Positions 51,560 to 64,000 of a stretch of 64,000 bases of DNA are shown in pieces; the stretch's first letter is position 1; the number at the start of each line of letters is the position of its first letter. Position numbers and translations under genes: made by a program. The stretch is taken from NCBI GenBank assembly GCA_976226885.1, contig OZ320316.1:77438001-77502000 (forward strand). The letters are read 5' to 3'. A model generated the notes under the pieces. The model worked only from the letters and a program-made list of their open reading frames with translations. It made no database searches and was not told the origin of the DNA. This DNA is from Iphione sp. A-MEVVRFRX5 (lineage: Eukaryota).

Positions 51560-52450
51560 CCGTCGTTATGAGTCCTTTTATAATCAAATATCCTCGTAGG
51601 CCTTCCACCAGCAGAAGCCATGGCATCCTATAGCATTATATAAATGGCCATACCAATTGGATTAGGATATTGATGTCGTAATCGTCAGAATACAACATAA
51701 TCTTTTAAGCAAAGTGCTCATAAATTAAGAAGTTATCAGCGCGTAGTACCTCAGGCGGTAAATCTAAGGCCTTATTGCAAAGAATTTATTGTCTCATAAG
51801 CAATAACTCATTCGGTCGCGTACACCAGGGTTTACGCTCACGGTAAAGAACCAGCTCCTTACTCCATAATCAGGTTCCCAAGTGCTTCTGAAGGAATAAT
51901 CCTTCACTGGTACATTCATCGTGCAGTTAGCAACTTTTGATAGTGTTCTGAAAGTCCACTCAGTTCGAGCACCTTGCAAAGCTCGCTTCATTAAGCTGAC
52001 GAAGACTTTTCATGTTGTTCTGCCAAAACTATAAACCACGTGTGAGAGAAGAGCTTGTGATGACACAGTCTTTGGGCAGCATCAACTTCCATTCACTCCC
52101 CCGCAAAGGTGCCATCAAGATGGTTGGAGAATCAGTCAGGGACGCTTGGAGAGGTCGTTATCAGCCCTCCTGCCGAGGATGTTTTTGGAAGAGGATGGCG
52201 AGAGAAAGATGCTGATTAGAAATGATCTTCTCCACGCGCCTGCTCCCGTGGTGCTGCCTTATCTCAAGGATCAGGAGGATAACTTGGAGGACCTTCTCCT
52301 GTGCGTGTAGCTCTGTCATTGTCCGGGATCAATTATGCGACTGCTGCACTCGTTTTATCATCATGCAGGAATGAACTGTCATCAGTCACTTACCCTCGGA
52401 CCGCCCTGTTCCCATTCAAGTAATCCCATTTAAACGCTCTGATCACCATC
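51560..52450 (+). pseudogene. Penelope-like relic with deletions
   Basis: VGLP..QKPWHPIAL (cf. YGLPKIHK..PLRPIV), IDVV, CLISNNSFGRVHQG, QLPF, IRND, VVLPYLKD..NLEDLL, CV*LCHC. Confidence 0.45.
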
Positions 52451-55400
52451 AATCTGAGATCTCTCCATATTCATTGTTAGCCAAATTTAATCACACATGC
52501 TCTCGTGGTCTCTCCCAGGAAGACAGAGTAGCTGATGATTACTTTCTTCAGTCGACAACCCTTAGCCCGTGTTGAAGTTATGGATGATCATGTTTATCTT
52601 GGACAGATAAGAGGACTGACGCAGAGCATTGCTACACAAGGTATATAAAGCACAGTGGTCTCAGCGGTATCCATCGAGATTACCAACCTGGAATAATATC
52701 ACCGTTTGCTTGATGTTTTGTCAATAATAAACGGGGCTGAAAACATGCACCAACTCGCTTCCTCGACATCCCGGTATATCATATTCATACAAAGGATGAT
52801 TTAATTCTTCCCCTTATTTCGCCCAGTAGCCCCTACGTACAAGGCACGAATACAAAAAAAATCAGTCCAATTAATATCGTTTGGTCGAGACAATAATGGG
52901 AGCGACGACAGAGAGAGAGACCGATAATTTGCCCAGGTAGCCACAAGTCCATAACGTCCACATTCTTTGTTAATATATGGCGAATAAATCGCCCTCCAAC
53001 CTCAGGCGAGTTTGATGTCCCTGGCCGCAGCCGTACTGCCGCAATAGATAACCCTCTACAGTGCGGACAGAGCAGCGAGCGACGGGTCCTTAGTGGGCAG
53101 CGTTTAAGCGGACGACACGATAAGATCACGATGTTCCAGTTTGATACGGTCTCCTTCATGTTAACGCGGGCAGACATGGCTTTGTAACGTAGCGGCCACA
53201 TGACCAATGGAATCCGCCTCTTTCGCCGCCCTCTCCGTCAGCTTAGCAGACCTGCAGCTTAATGCAATCATCAACGGGGAGCATTGCGTTAAGGTTGGGC
53301 TGTGGATAGCGTGTTCCACTGATGACCGCTGGGACACGACAAGGCCTGATTCTCGGTCATGTTTTTCCCCGAGTGGTTCAAATGTCTCCGGCTGTAGCCA
53401 ATCTTGGGCCCCGCCCTCATCGCAGGCTGTTCGCGGGGAGCAACATTAACAATCATATCGACCGACGTGCAACGCACGAAGGTCAGGCCCTTTGACCTTG
53501 GTTCCAGACCGACCGACCTTGGCCAAAGTCATTTCCGTAGCCATGGTGAAGTTGTCATGCCGTCAGGTATCTGCTACCTCTGATTAAGCCGACAAGGGGA
53601 TGTAAAATGAAACCGAAGGGGTGGTCTGCATGGAAAGCCGGGGTCGCACCAAGCAGCAGGGGAAGAGGAGCTGGAGGGTGGGCTCTCGTCCGGCTATGTC
53701 ATGACCTGAGGGGGTTAATGTATTGTTGCCAAGCAGACTTTGGTTTTGTCCGCCGGTGCTGACCGATCGTGATCAATTAATGTCCCGCATACAGAGTTCC
53801 TCTCGACTCAATGTCCTTCCGGGTGTAAAGCATCCACTCTCTCCAGAAACCCGCTAGCCACATGAACCCATCGATATCTTTGTCTTCTCCCACCCCAACC
53901 CATAGTTGACCCCCTTTTCCGTCCTCTTCATGTACAAAAAAAGAACTTGAGGCAATCCTAGATTAGACAAAGCACGCACATGCTCAACCCTTTCCCGACA
54001 CTACCACTGACAGCAGAAAGGACGGAGGCAGTGAAGAGGACGCATGCGACGCTATCTTTGGAAGGCCTAGTCAGGGAAGTGCGCGGATATCCAGGGTTAT
54101 ACAGGTTTAGAATGAGCTATTGTCCTGCCGTCTTGCCGGCGCAAGCAATGATGGTAATTTGCGTGTAATGGGTGCTGGATTCACCGTCCTCATCCATTGC
54201 ATTTAACTTCGGAAGGAACGTGGGAGGAGTCACCGGGAATATCTTCAGTGGTTACAGTCGAGTAAAGCACAAGGCCATTTGTAGTTATACTTCAGATGAT
54301 ATAGAGGCGCCCGAATATAAAGAGAGCACCTTGGAGGCGTCTTTGAGTGATACCATATACCGCTGTACATGTATGTAATGTTATCGGTGTTTCCTTTCTC
54401 TGTAACATGTCGGTTACTTGGATCAATTTCAAACATCGGCTTTTCTGGACGGGTCGCTGTAATGAGGTAGACCATTATATCCGGAAGAGGGGTCGGCAAG
54501 ACGTGATTATAGTGACGAATACTAATGACCAATGTAATCTCAATACCTACCAGCACGTGGCCCCTTTAATCTTATCGTTATCCACATTCCCTTTTCTGTT
54601 CGTCGTCTGAAGATTTCTTCCTAAGTTAGTCAAAAGTACGAGACTTTCAGTGGGCCATGCTAAGGTTTTACTATAGAATATTACAGTATATAATTCACCT
54701 ATAATGTGAATATAACCATTGCCGACCATACAATGACATCGCGCAACGTTACAGCAGTGACACGTGCCTGCATTTAACAATTGTCTGGAGATGGCAAACG
54801 CGCTTCCTTCCCTATTCTAATATGTTGGTGAGGACTGGAGAAGTATAGATTTATGAGGACCCGCCCTCTACATAGGAGACCGGCATTAGAGTAAGATGCA
54901 TCAAAACCATCTGCATTGCTAATCTCTCAGATGGGAAACAGGGAAAGCACGAGATGGGCGGGAGGGTGGGCGGGATGCGACTGGATCGTTTATTCACAGC
55001 TAGCAGGGGCCGAAGCAATAAATCCAATCGTCGGCTCACACAGGGGCCGTGTAGCACGAGCGTCAAGACGGGGGGATCAGGTCGGCCGACCGCGGGGTCC
55101 GCCCACGGAAGGATACAGTAGGGCCAGGATCAGGCCGACTGATTTATTCACCCACCATGCCATTGCCGACAGGGGTCGACTACGCCGCTTTCAATTTGGT
55201 CCAAATCAGTTTGTGTAGTGTATGAATTCAGTCTCGTTAGTCGTACCTTTATTTATTCGACCGTGTGATCGCCCCTTCGGTGACGCGTTGCGTGCACCGG
55301 TCTACATGGCCTCCAGGCCTGGCCCTGACCATGTCCGCCGCTCCAGGGTTCCCAGTAATGAGGACTGCCCTGAGCAGCCCTCAAGGAGCCTCCCATACGC

Positions 55401-55749
55401 TGCACACAGAACCTCAGGGCAGTGAACGGCACACCCACATAGGTCTTCCAATATGAGGCATCCTATCGCCTCTACCGCCGTGAAGATTGTTGAAAGTACC
55501 ACGGACTTCCCGGAGTAAGCCTTAATATGAATTTACTCCTTACCTAAATTCTTTGTGTCACACTCTCGCGGGCCTCCGTGGAAGGACAGATTGGGCTTCC
55601 GGTTCCAACGCTTGAATGGCTGCTGTTAGCGGAAACCAGGGTCATATCTATCAAAGGCGAACTGTGAAGGCAAAACTAGATTAGTTCATACGACTACAAG
55701 CTAGTCTATATGTGGCTCTTTGCGCACGTAGCGAAGGAAATGTTAGCGG

Positions 55750-56950
55750 ATGTTGTACAAATATAACGTACCTAGTATGCGGGAGATGACCGGTCGCGTT
55801 CGGAAACTTTGAAAAAGGGAGGCAAAATCTGGTCTGAATGCGTCGCACACGAGAGGGGCTGCGAGTTTACAGATAGCGCGCTCAGGGATATTGTGTGCGT
55901 CAGGGACAAATAAATCGCCTTCTATCTGCACGACGAGGGGAAGCTCAGGGAAAAGCGGCCGGAAATCGAAATTGGCGCGGAACCGTTTAATACGGCAATC
56001 ATGTACGCTGGGCGTGGGTTGTCTGAGCAGGCCCGTCCGGGCTAGCGACCACCTCCGCCTCTGATGTCCGGCGTCTGAGGGCGAAGTTTATCACATTGCC
56101 GACGTGCCCGTCCGGGCCACCTCGTTGACCACCCGACTGATCAGGACGTTAAAACAGAGCGCGAGCTGATGCCTTCGGCGGCTGCGTGTGGGAAACTCAC
56201 ACTGAGTGCTGTATCACCGGCTTGGACCGGATAAACTTTGAATTACTGCCCGGAAACGATAGCCGCCCGAGAACTGGGCCCGTCGTGATTGCTATTTCCA
56301 TGCAGAGGCTGTTCGCCTGCTGCTTACCCACACTCTGACAGCCTACTTATTCCCTGGTGCGCAATCAAGAGACTGTTACGTCGTACTCGTGCCAATGACA
56401 AACTTTTTGAGAATATATCGCCAGCATCACTAAAAAGATACTCCCCTGGCCGTGCAATTTCGTTTCTTATGGTAACCGATCGACGATCGCTTCACCTTTC
56501 CATATTCATCTTTCTGATATGAACAGACTCATTTAGTCGTCTGAATGGTGCGCAATGGTAATAGCAGGGTGTGAACACACTTCATTTCGCCTTCCCTCAT
56601 GTCGCAACCATAGATGTGTGCATAATGCACCTTGAAGTGAATACTTCATCCTGGGATGCGCCAGTCTGGCTTGTTCCTTCACGGCGGCGTGCCCCTTTTA
56701 CAACCGAACGCACACTCGGATAGACACGGAGGTCGACGAACGACCCCTTATCGCCAGTCGTATTGTAAACAGCCAGCCGTATTTGGCCAACACCTTGATC
56801 ACTTGATCTGAAGACCTAGCCGAGAGACCGGTACCCGCCGCCAACACTGAAAGCCGTCCGTTTCCAAGCCGCTGGGCCGTTCAAATAAATTGAGTTGTAG
56901 CCTCAAGTTGGCGTCTGTGTGCGCTGAGTAGCAACGGTGTTTCGATCAAT
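55750..56950 (-). pseudogene. Possible Ty3/Gypsy RNase H-integrase relic
   Basis: LETDG, KFVI..LLIAHQGISR (cf. RxVIP..LHxAHQGI) and RPLFPELPLVVQIEGD. Weak. Confidence 0.3.
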
Positions 56951-58789
56951 CACTCTTTGAATCACTCAATTACTTATTGTCCACTCCAGGGGTGCGACGC
57001 CTGTGTACGCTTGGCCTGGCCCGGTTTTCGGTGAGCTGCTCGCTCATCGCTGTCCATCCTTCAGTTGAGCTGCTCAGTCCAAGAGCATAAACGGTGACAA
57101 GGGGGATGGACTGACACCGCAGATGCCCCGTAGGTTGCCAAGAGGATTTCTTTATCCAGGGGGATGTTAAGGGGTTTGCCGCGAAATCCATCCTGTTGTG
57201 GAGGGATTTATAGCCGCCACCATAATGTTATATTTTGACTTGTGATACTCTTAGTGTCATGATCGGCAACACCGCCAAACCCTTCTCCGTACATTTACGA
57301 TCGAAAAGCTTGATTCATTTTAGGTCACCTATCACACCACATGAAAGCAAAGTGGAGCTGTGTTCTTCTCACCATTTCTATATACATGTACATGGACATG
57401 GACAATATACATATACATGGTCTAACGGCATAGCATCTATATAAGCTGTGGGTTACTTTGCAATATGACGAACTTTAGGAACGTCAGGCCGCAAACTCGT
57501 AACATTTCCTTAGATATATAAAATATACATAAAAGATCTTAAGTTTGGCACTTTGAATAACGAATAGCTTTGGTACTTATGTGCAATCTTTGCTTGGAAA
57601 TGTATGATATACATGAACATTGACAGTTTCACACATCAGTGGTAGACAGCACGCCCTTCGTGCCTTGCCATATAGAGAGGTTACACAAAGGGTGACATCC
57701 GATAGGATCTTTCCAGAAGTAGACTTAAGGAGGTTGAAACATGGCCAAGGCTGCTGTCAGTTATCAACAGGTAATCAGGTTGGATTGCCTTTGAGAGTGA
57801 CATTTAGATAAAAGAACCGAGCAGGTAATACCCAAAAGGATCTTTATTTAGAAAATGGAGACACGTATACAAATGGCGTCTAATACGGTCTTTTAAAACA
57901 TCAACGAGCCATTCCTACATAGGTCCGTGGCCTTCACTTGAACGATCAAAGAAACCAGGGGCATATACACTACTCTGAGGCCTTCATGCACTCTCTGTGG
58001 CATATTGCATATAAGTTACTTTGACAAAAGTCTCAGTAAACTCTACAGTTCTCTGAATTATTTGGGCAAAACATAAGAGAAAATAACTAGCAGATACCTT
58101 TAAACAGGATACCTGGTTTACAGTACTCTCTCTATTGTGTAAAGCCTCGTGCGTGTAGTGTGTACCAAAAATCGATGTTATTTATCTCTTCGCTACAATC
58201 CCGTCATAGAAGCCTGCACATGCAGTGGAAGGACGGGGCTTCCAAACCGAGTTAGATAGTATGTGAGCCGAAACCCTGTGCACAGGCTCAATAATCTCAG
58301 ACGCGGCCTTCCCCGCTCCTCTTGTGGTTTACACTCAAACCTTGTCTCCTTTTAATCCATCACCATGCCACCAAATGGGATTATCACGCTGGGCTGCTCG
58401 CCGCTCACCTTAACCTCGTCGCGCTCGGTAAGAACTGAATGCCCGTTTGAACACGTGTTCCAAGCTATTCCCAACCGCATAGGGAATATCGTGCCCTTTC
58501 CGTCCATCATGTAATTGGCTATGAATGGTCACTAATGAACTTTTGCATTTCACAAGAGCAAGATTAATGACTACCACTAATAAGTTATACAGATTAACTG
58601 GCGGTAATCTGGGATGAGCAAGAGAATCGTGGGACATCTTGGTATAACTTCTTCCCTTTCATTTTACATCCCTGGCAATGTTAAATAGTCGCCGCATTTT
58701 TTGGTTGTATTCTTGATTCCCTTTCTGATTTGTTTAACTAGATTTTATTTGATTCCTATCATCGTACAAGAGATTGGGCCTTATATTAC

Positions 58790-58791
<2 letters not shown>

Positions 58792-58836
<45 letters not shown>

Positions 58837-58838
58837 TC
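58792..58838. repeat. (CT)n microsatellite
   Basis: About 23 CT units with one interruption. Confidence 0.97.
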
Positions 58839-59169
58839 GTCATTTTTATTTCAGACCTGCATGCTTTGTACGATACAAACGCACCTGTTCTGTATTCGCC
58901 CTAGTCTTCTGTACCTTCCCCTTGACATTGCGTTCGTTACACAGCGACCCTTCCCTTCGATCAGCATATTGACTTTAAATTTTAATGTCAAAGCACTTTA
59001 TTGCGAAATGTCGTTTGACACTTGGTAGCATTCAAAAGCGTTCTTTAGTGTGGTATACGAGCCAGCTTTTGCCCAACTGTAAGGAGTGAGTGCCATATCC
59101 AAGTACAGTATGCCGCTTGCCTAGAAAATGGGAATATATCCGCTCTCTACAGTAAGACTAAAATATACA

Positions 59170-60700
59170 GTTGGCGCACGACTGTGCAGGGTCTTTTTTA
59201 AATACTGCTGTAGTCTGTCATAGGGTAAAACGGCTCCAATCAATAATGTCATTTTTCCTTCGAATCGGACCGCCTTTGTTATGTCTAGATAGTTCAAGTG
59301 CCATAATTAAACTGCCTCGAACAAAAACATCGTTAATGACTTCTTTCGATAAACATGAAATAGCTGATGGTGTCAATGGGATAATTTTCATTTTACGACA
59401 TAAATGTGACGATGACTTCGCAGTGCGGCATTCGTATTCTTATATGTATGCCTTTGAATAAGACTTATCGTTTTTCGTCTTTGGGAGGCAGCTTCTAGGG
59501 GGAAGATTCTCTCCATATGTGTGCAACACTCAAATATTGATCTATCTATTACGGCCTGGAACTGTGAAGTGTTATCTCATGGGAATGGGCGCGTTTTAAT
59601 CGAGCAAAAAACCAGCATTTGATGGAAGGCTTGGTAATCATTGCGGGACGCCAGTCAGTCTTAGTCATTTAACTGGCCCATCGTAAATCCTTGTCAATAA
59701 ATCCGTTCATCTGTTTGAGATAAACAGCTCCTAAGAGCCTTCGCATATCATAAGCTGTTAGTGGCGGAAGGTTCGCTCTATGTTCAGCCCTAGCAATAAT
59801 ATCCTATGCACGTCTCGAGCTTCGTCAATAGGCATTGTGAGCAGATGGGCTTTGGGGGGGACCATCGATTCATTGGCAGCCGCTGTCTGTCTCACACACT
59901 GATGTCTAGCGCATTCGCTTACTTCTTAAACGAACCCACTGTTGACCCAGCCAAAGGCCTGAGCGATAGCTAGGGCTCCGGTATTGGGTCGGTCACATGG
60001 GTCTTGTGCATTAGAGAAAGCATTGAATGCCTCTATGGAACACACACGACCGATCTTAATGACACTCTCCATGGTCATTATAAAGCATAATGATCCTCCA
60101 GTGTGGCTCTCGCCAACATGCCGTTGTCAATAAGCCCATGGGAGTGATGAGTGAACGGACCTGAGTATAGCCTGATCTCCAGAGACCCAGGTCACGAAGA
60201 ATCATCATTAGGGCCTCACTGCCTCTGCTCAGGTCGGATGGCCTCCTTGTATGGTAGCGAGCGATATGAACACTGGTAAATGTGGCGATGCTCTTATCTC
60301 GTCAGTAATGCCAGCCTGCTGATGGTTGAATTCCCCATCGTTGATAAGCACCCATGCCAAGCCATGGGTTACCTTGAGAGAAAAAGAGGAATTTCGTTGT
60401 GGTTAAGTCAATGCTTACACACACTTTAGGTTAAGACTCACGCTCGTTACGTCATTCAGGCCATAGTCAATGTAATCTGATATTTCCATGACTGCGAGTG
60501 CAACCAGGGTTTCATATATCATGGCTTTCAGCTCCGTACATGGCTAGGAGCTCTTGTTCAGCCAGCCGGATAATCGGTATCGCGGCATGCCCGCTGGCAA
60601 CGGGCAGATTGAGGTGTTTTACACGATCAAGTCTGCGCCAAGAATGGATGGGAACTGTCGTCCTAATAGCTGCTGCTGGTGGAACTGTTTTTAGTCCCTA
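59170..60700 (+). pseudogene. Decayed Ty3/Gypsy pol relic (RT-RNase H-IN)
   Basis: LCLDSSSAIIKLP..SLMTSF and KCDDDF (RT); DS*GSGIGSV and CLYGTHTTD (RNase H); SDGLLVW*RAI, THAKPWVTL, VNAYTHF and YRGMPAGNGQIEVFYTIKSA (IN, cf. PYHPxSNGxAERxVxTxK). Confidence 0.62.
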
Positions 60701-61479
60701 GCTTCGGGTGGTTTAAGCATGACACACAATGAGAAGTGTCTGAGTGCCATTTCTCACAGTCGCACTCTATGTGTACATCGGTTTTGTTCGAGCTACGACG
60801 AAACTGGCCCACTTATGCAATTATGCGATAATACTTTAAAGTGCGCAATCTACAGGGTTGGAGCAGCTCGCTGGTAACAACGTGATTTTTTGAGAGGTAG
60901 GACAATTGGAGCTATGGTCCAAATAGCTGTAGCGCCTGGTGTTAGCGATGCCGATTGCTTCTGATTGATGTGTAACTTAGCCGCCGCGGCCAGCCCGCGA
61001 GTTCTGACGCTTGTCGATAGGCCTACTATAGCTGTCTCAGCCACGTTCACATTACGCCAGGCCCAAGCTCACATTACACATACCCTTACACGCAGCCATT
61101 GTGCACCGAATTCCGCCCCCTCCCTCTCTGGCCACTGTCCGCCACACAACCGAATCAATAGCGATAAATGGACGTCCATCACGGTTGCGGTCCTCATATT
61201 CCGAGCGACTTATGCACTCGAGGTTCAGCCTGCACGTATGGCAGCTTCTGGGGCGTACCCGTGGGGCTGTACACAGCCTCCCACCCACGCCTTGCAGCAG
61301 AAACCCCACTTACTGCACACTGTGATAGAGTGGTCACTGACGGTATGTTTGAGCGGCGCCGTCGGCTATTGCATAATCCCGTCCGTATCCTGGTCATGCC
61401 AGGCATCAGTATTGACAGTCATATACAATGCACAAACCAATGTAAGAAATATCCTCGTCTGATCAGTCTCTCGCTTTAG

Positions 61480-61800
61480 GGTGATTAGCCCAACAATGAG
61501 GTTAATCGGATAGTCTGAAGAGGAATATTACCTTCATCCTCCAGCAGTAGAAAGCCGACTGCTGGGCTAACGCGCGACAGCAGAGCATAGAAGCCACACC
61601 GATTCTTCCTTTTTAGATGTCGGCATGTTAGCAACTTAGCAGGAATAAGCAGCTTTGTTTTGTTTAATTTATCAGTTTTGGGGATATTCCAGTGTTTCGG
61701 TTTAATCAAAGAGCACGCTGCAATACTAAAAGCAGTATCTTCAAATAGATATTATGGTAAAATGCCAGTCACCCAGGAATTATCGCAACTTTCGTAATAG
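61480..61800 (-). pseudogene. Possible non-LTR RT N-terminal fragment
   Basis: NSWVTGILP, IPKTDK..IPAKLLTC and LLSRV (cf. WxxGxxP..IPK..YRPIxLL..RL). Weak. Confidence 0.25.
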
Positions 61801-63262
61801 CCAGAAGTCCTATGATGGTTACAGTCCTACCAAGCTACTTCATTCGGTTCTCAAAGCATCTTTACTGTTAGGAAAACGTTTTTTTAACTCATTGCTCTTA
61901 AATCCTCGTTAGCAGCCAGAGTGCATTAGCTGCCAAGCCTCCTAAGCTCAGTGTAAATACGACGAAAATCGGAAATGATTGACATTAAGGATAAAAGCTT
62001 ACACATGTGGTTTAAAAGAAGACACGACTGATAAAGCCAATTCCCCATAGACCCAACCGAGGCATTCAGTAGACAAATGGGTACGGGAAATAGAGGTCAT
62101 TATTTTATGGGGAGTTTCCATGTATGTAGGGGAAACTATGCGGGACGCTCTGTATATTACTCAAACTGAAACAACACCGAAAATTCTGTTCATCTGAACT
62201 AAATTTGTACAGCAGATACTAAGATACCACCATGACAGATGTTCATGTCAACCAGTTCCCTTAGATTCATCTCGGCTGTAAAATAAGGTAGACGGCAGAA
62301 TTCTGCCACCCATGAAGCCTGGCGAATCTCCCCGTTCATGCCATAGAGGACTGCAAATCAATTTCTTTCAATTCATCTGAAACCAAAGGATTTGTGTCCA
62401 CAGTAGATGAATTAGCCTGCCGTGATTCTTGAAGCTCTTTGTGTAATGCCGCCGCTGAAGATGGAAAAAAGATCCAGGAAGCAGAGACACAATGCAGCTA
62501 TCACATTACCGCGCGAGCCGGACGATTTCAGAGGAGAACTTCCTTCTGTTTTGGCTAATCTTCCGCTTTTATAACACCCAATTACGTTGAGAAAATATGT
62601 CAACAAAGCGGCAACTGGCACTACAGCCTCGACAATAGTGCAAGCACGTCAGGCTGATGGCGCAATGATGACAAAGGCTGTGCTTTTCCTCTGCCCAGGA
62701 GGAGTACTTACCATTTGGACCGCAAGCAGGACCCAGGCCCATTGGGCACAATGGAATAATGATCGAGTGAACCTGTCGTATGACAACTCTTGGTCCATTC
62801 AAATCACATAATCAGACAAACACTTCAGTTTTTGGTGATGAATTGAAGTTCCCTTGCCACTGCATTGTAATAATGACTAATCAAGCTATTGGGAATGTCA
62901 ATAAGGATGAAAACAGCCGGCCCCCCAAAAGCTAAAAACAACGTGCTCCTTCAGGAAATTTGCTGACTATGCTACTTATCGCAGGGAAGACAATGTTACA
63001 ATTATGGCTAAACGAGAATCGTGGTTACTTAACTCACTTGTACATGTACATTTAAAAGCAGAGTTGCAGGAGGTGAGTCATTTGTGGGACACTTTGCGTA
63101 CTATACCCATCGGCCCTGTATGAAATTCACCTTTGCTAATACAAAAGGCACGTTTAAAATAAACTGACACTTGTAAATAGAAAAAAAACTTTCGATGTCG
63201 CGTGTAGATAATTTTTGTTAATATACTTTACACTCTGAACTAAGTACGGCACATGTGAGTAG

Positions 63263-63440
63263 TACATAGAAATGCACCTTCGGAACCTCTTGGATTTAGC
63301 TTGGAGGTAAATAGACATGCATATGTACATGTACAGCGGGAGTCCGGCACCTGTGAATAATACATAGAAAGTTAATGCACCTTTAGAACCTCTTGAATTT
63401 ATCTAACAGGTACATATACGTTGTACATGCATATGTACAG
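63263..63440. repeat. Imperfect tandem duplication, ~98-bp period
   Basis: TACATAGAAA..ATGCACCTT..GAACCTCTTG.ATTTA at 63263 and 63361, each followed by CATGCATATGTACA. Confidence 0.8.
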
Positions 63441-64000
63441 TTAAGTGTCTATACTCGAAACACCCTTGGTTCTTTTTTAAACCGTCCCAATTTCAGACAT
63501 GTCCAATGTGAGATGTTGTGGCCTAATACTACTATCTGCAAATCTCAAATTCATCTACCGTATTCAGACAGAACATTCTGGTGATCCTGTCTCATCAGGA
63601 AGTGGGTGTAAATGTGCGGGCTTATATCTCTCCCAACAGCATCAACGTCATCACAAATCAGGTTAATTTTCTACTCCTTTACATGTAATTTGCTTCAACT
63701 AAGGAATTTCTCCTCAAATTCGCACCATCAAATGAGCAACAAAGATGCAACACGTGTGACAGGGAGAGTGACAGCATAATTTTTGTAGTCACTCAGTACT
63801 AGCAGGAGAGACTTGTGACTGACAGGAGGGACTCATAAGCAATATGAGGGACTTGTAGTGGTATGAGGGGCTTGTGGGGGCTCACTTCAAGTGGATAGAC
63901 CATGAAGGAGTTTCCTAACAGTGCCATTACGCTGGTGTTTCTGTTAACTAGTATATGATTTGGTTTTTCTCCAAACTTTCCTGATTTGTGGCGTGTTCCA

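Noticed and set aside
60965-61462. 165-aa plus-strand ORF
   Set aside because: It has no recognisable domain or splice context, and overlapping ORFs in several frames suggest a chance open frame in GC-rich decayed repeat.

Overview
This 64 kb window is animal (most likely invertebrate) genomic DNA. I found no confident host protein-coding exon, tRNA, rRNA or CRISPR array; it reads as an intergenic or intronic graveyard of transposons. The clearest structure is a three-layer nest. A decayed CR1/L2-type LINE (ORF2 at about 7630-8878 and 17361-18960) is split by an 8.48 kb EnSpm/CACTA-type (CMC) DNA transposon at 8879-17360, with CACAG termini, 23-bp TIRs, a 2-bp TG TSD and a spliced, frameshifted transposase on the minus strand. 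That element carries a 1.03 kb non-autonomous element at 14182-15211 (15-bp TIRs, 8-bp TSD) built around a ~570 bp polypyrimidine tract. Elsewhere there is a 5'-truncated CR1 with a (CAATCT)n tail, a Tigger/pogo transposase pseudogene preceded by a tRNA-derived SINE and a 74-bp minisatellite, about five Penelope-like relics, about five Ty3/Gypsy pol relics, microsatellites and a perfect 103-bp direct duplication. All family assignments come from manual translation and motif recognition, not database searches, and the boundaries of old relics are approximate. I did not find unambiguous evidence of a new biological system. The best leads are the EnSpm element architecture, the CT-core element and the possible decayed hammerhead motifs.
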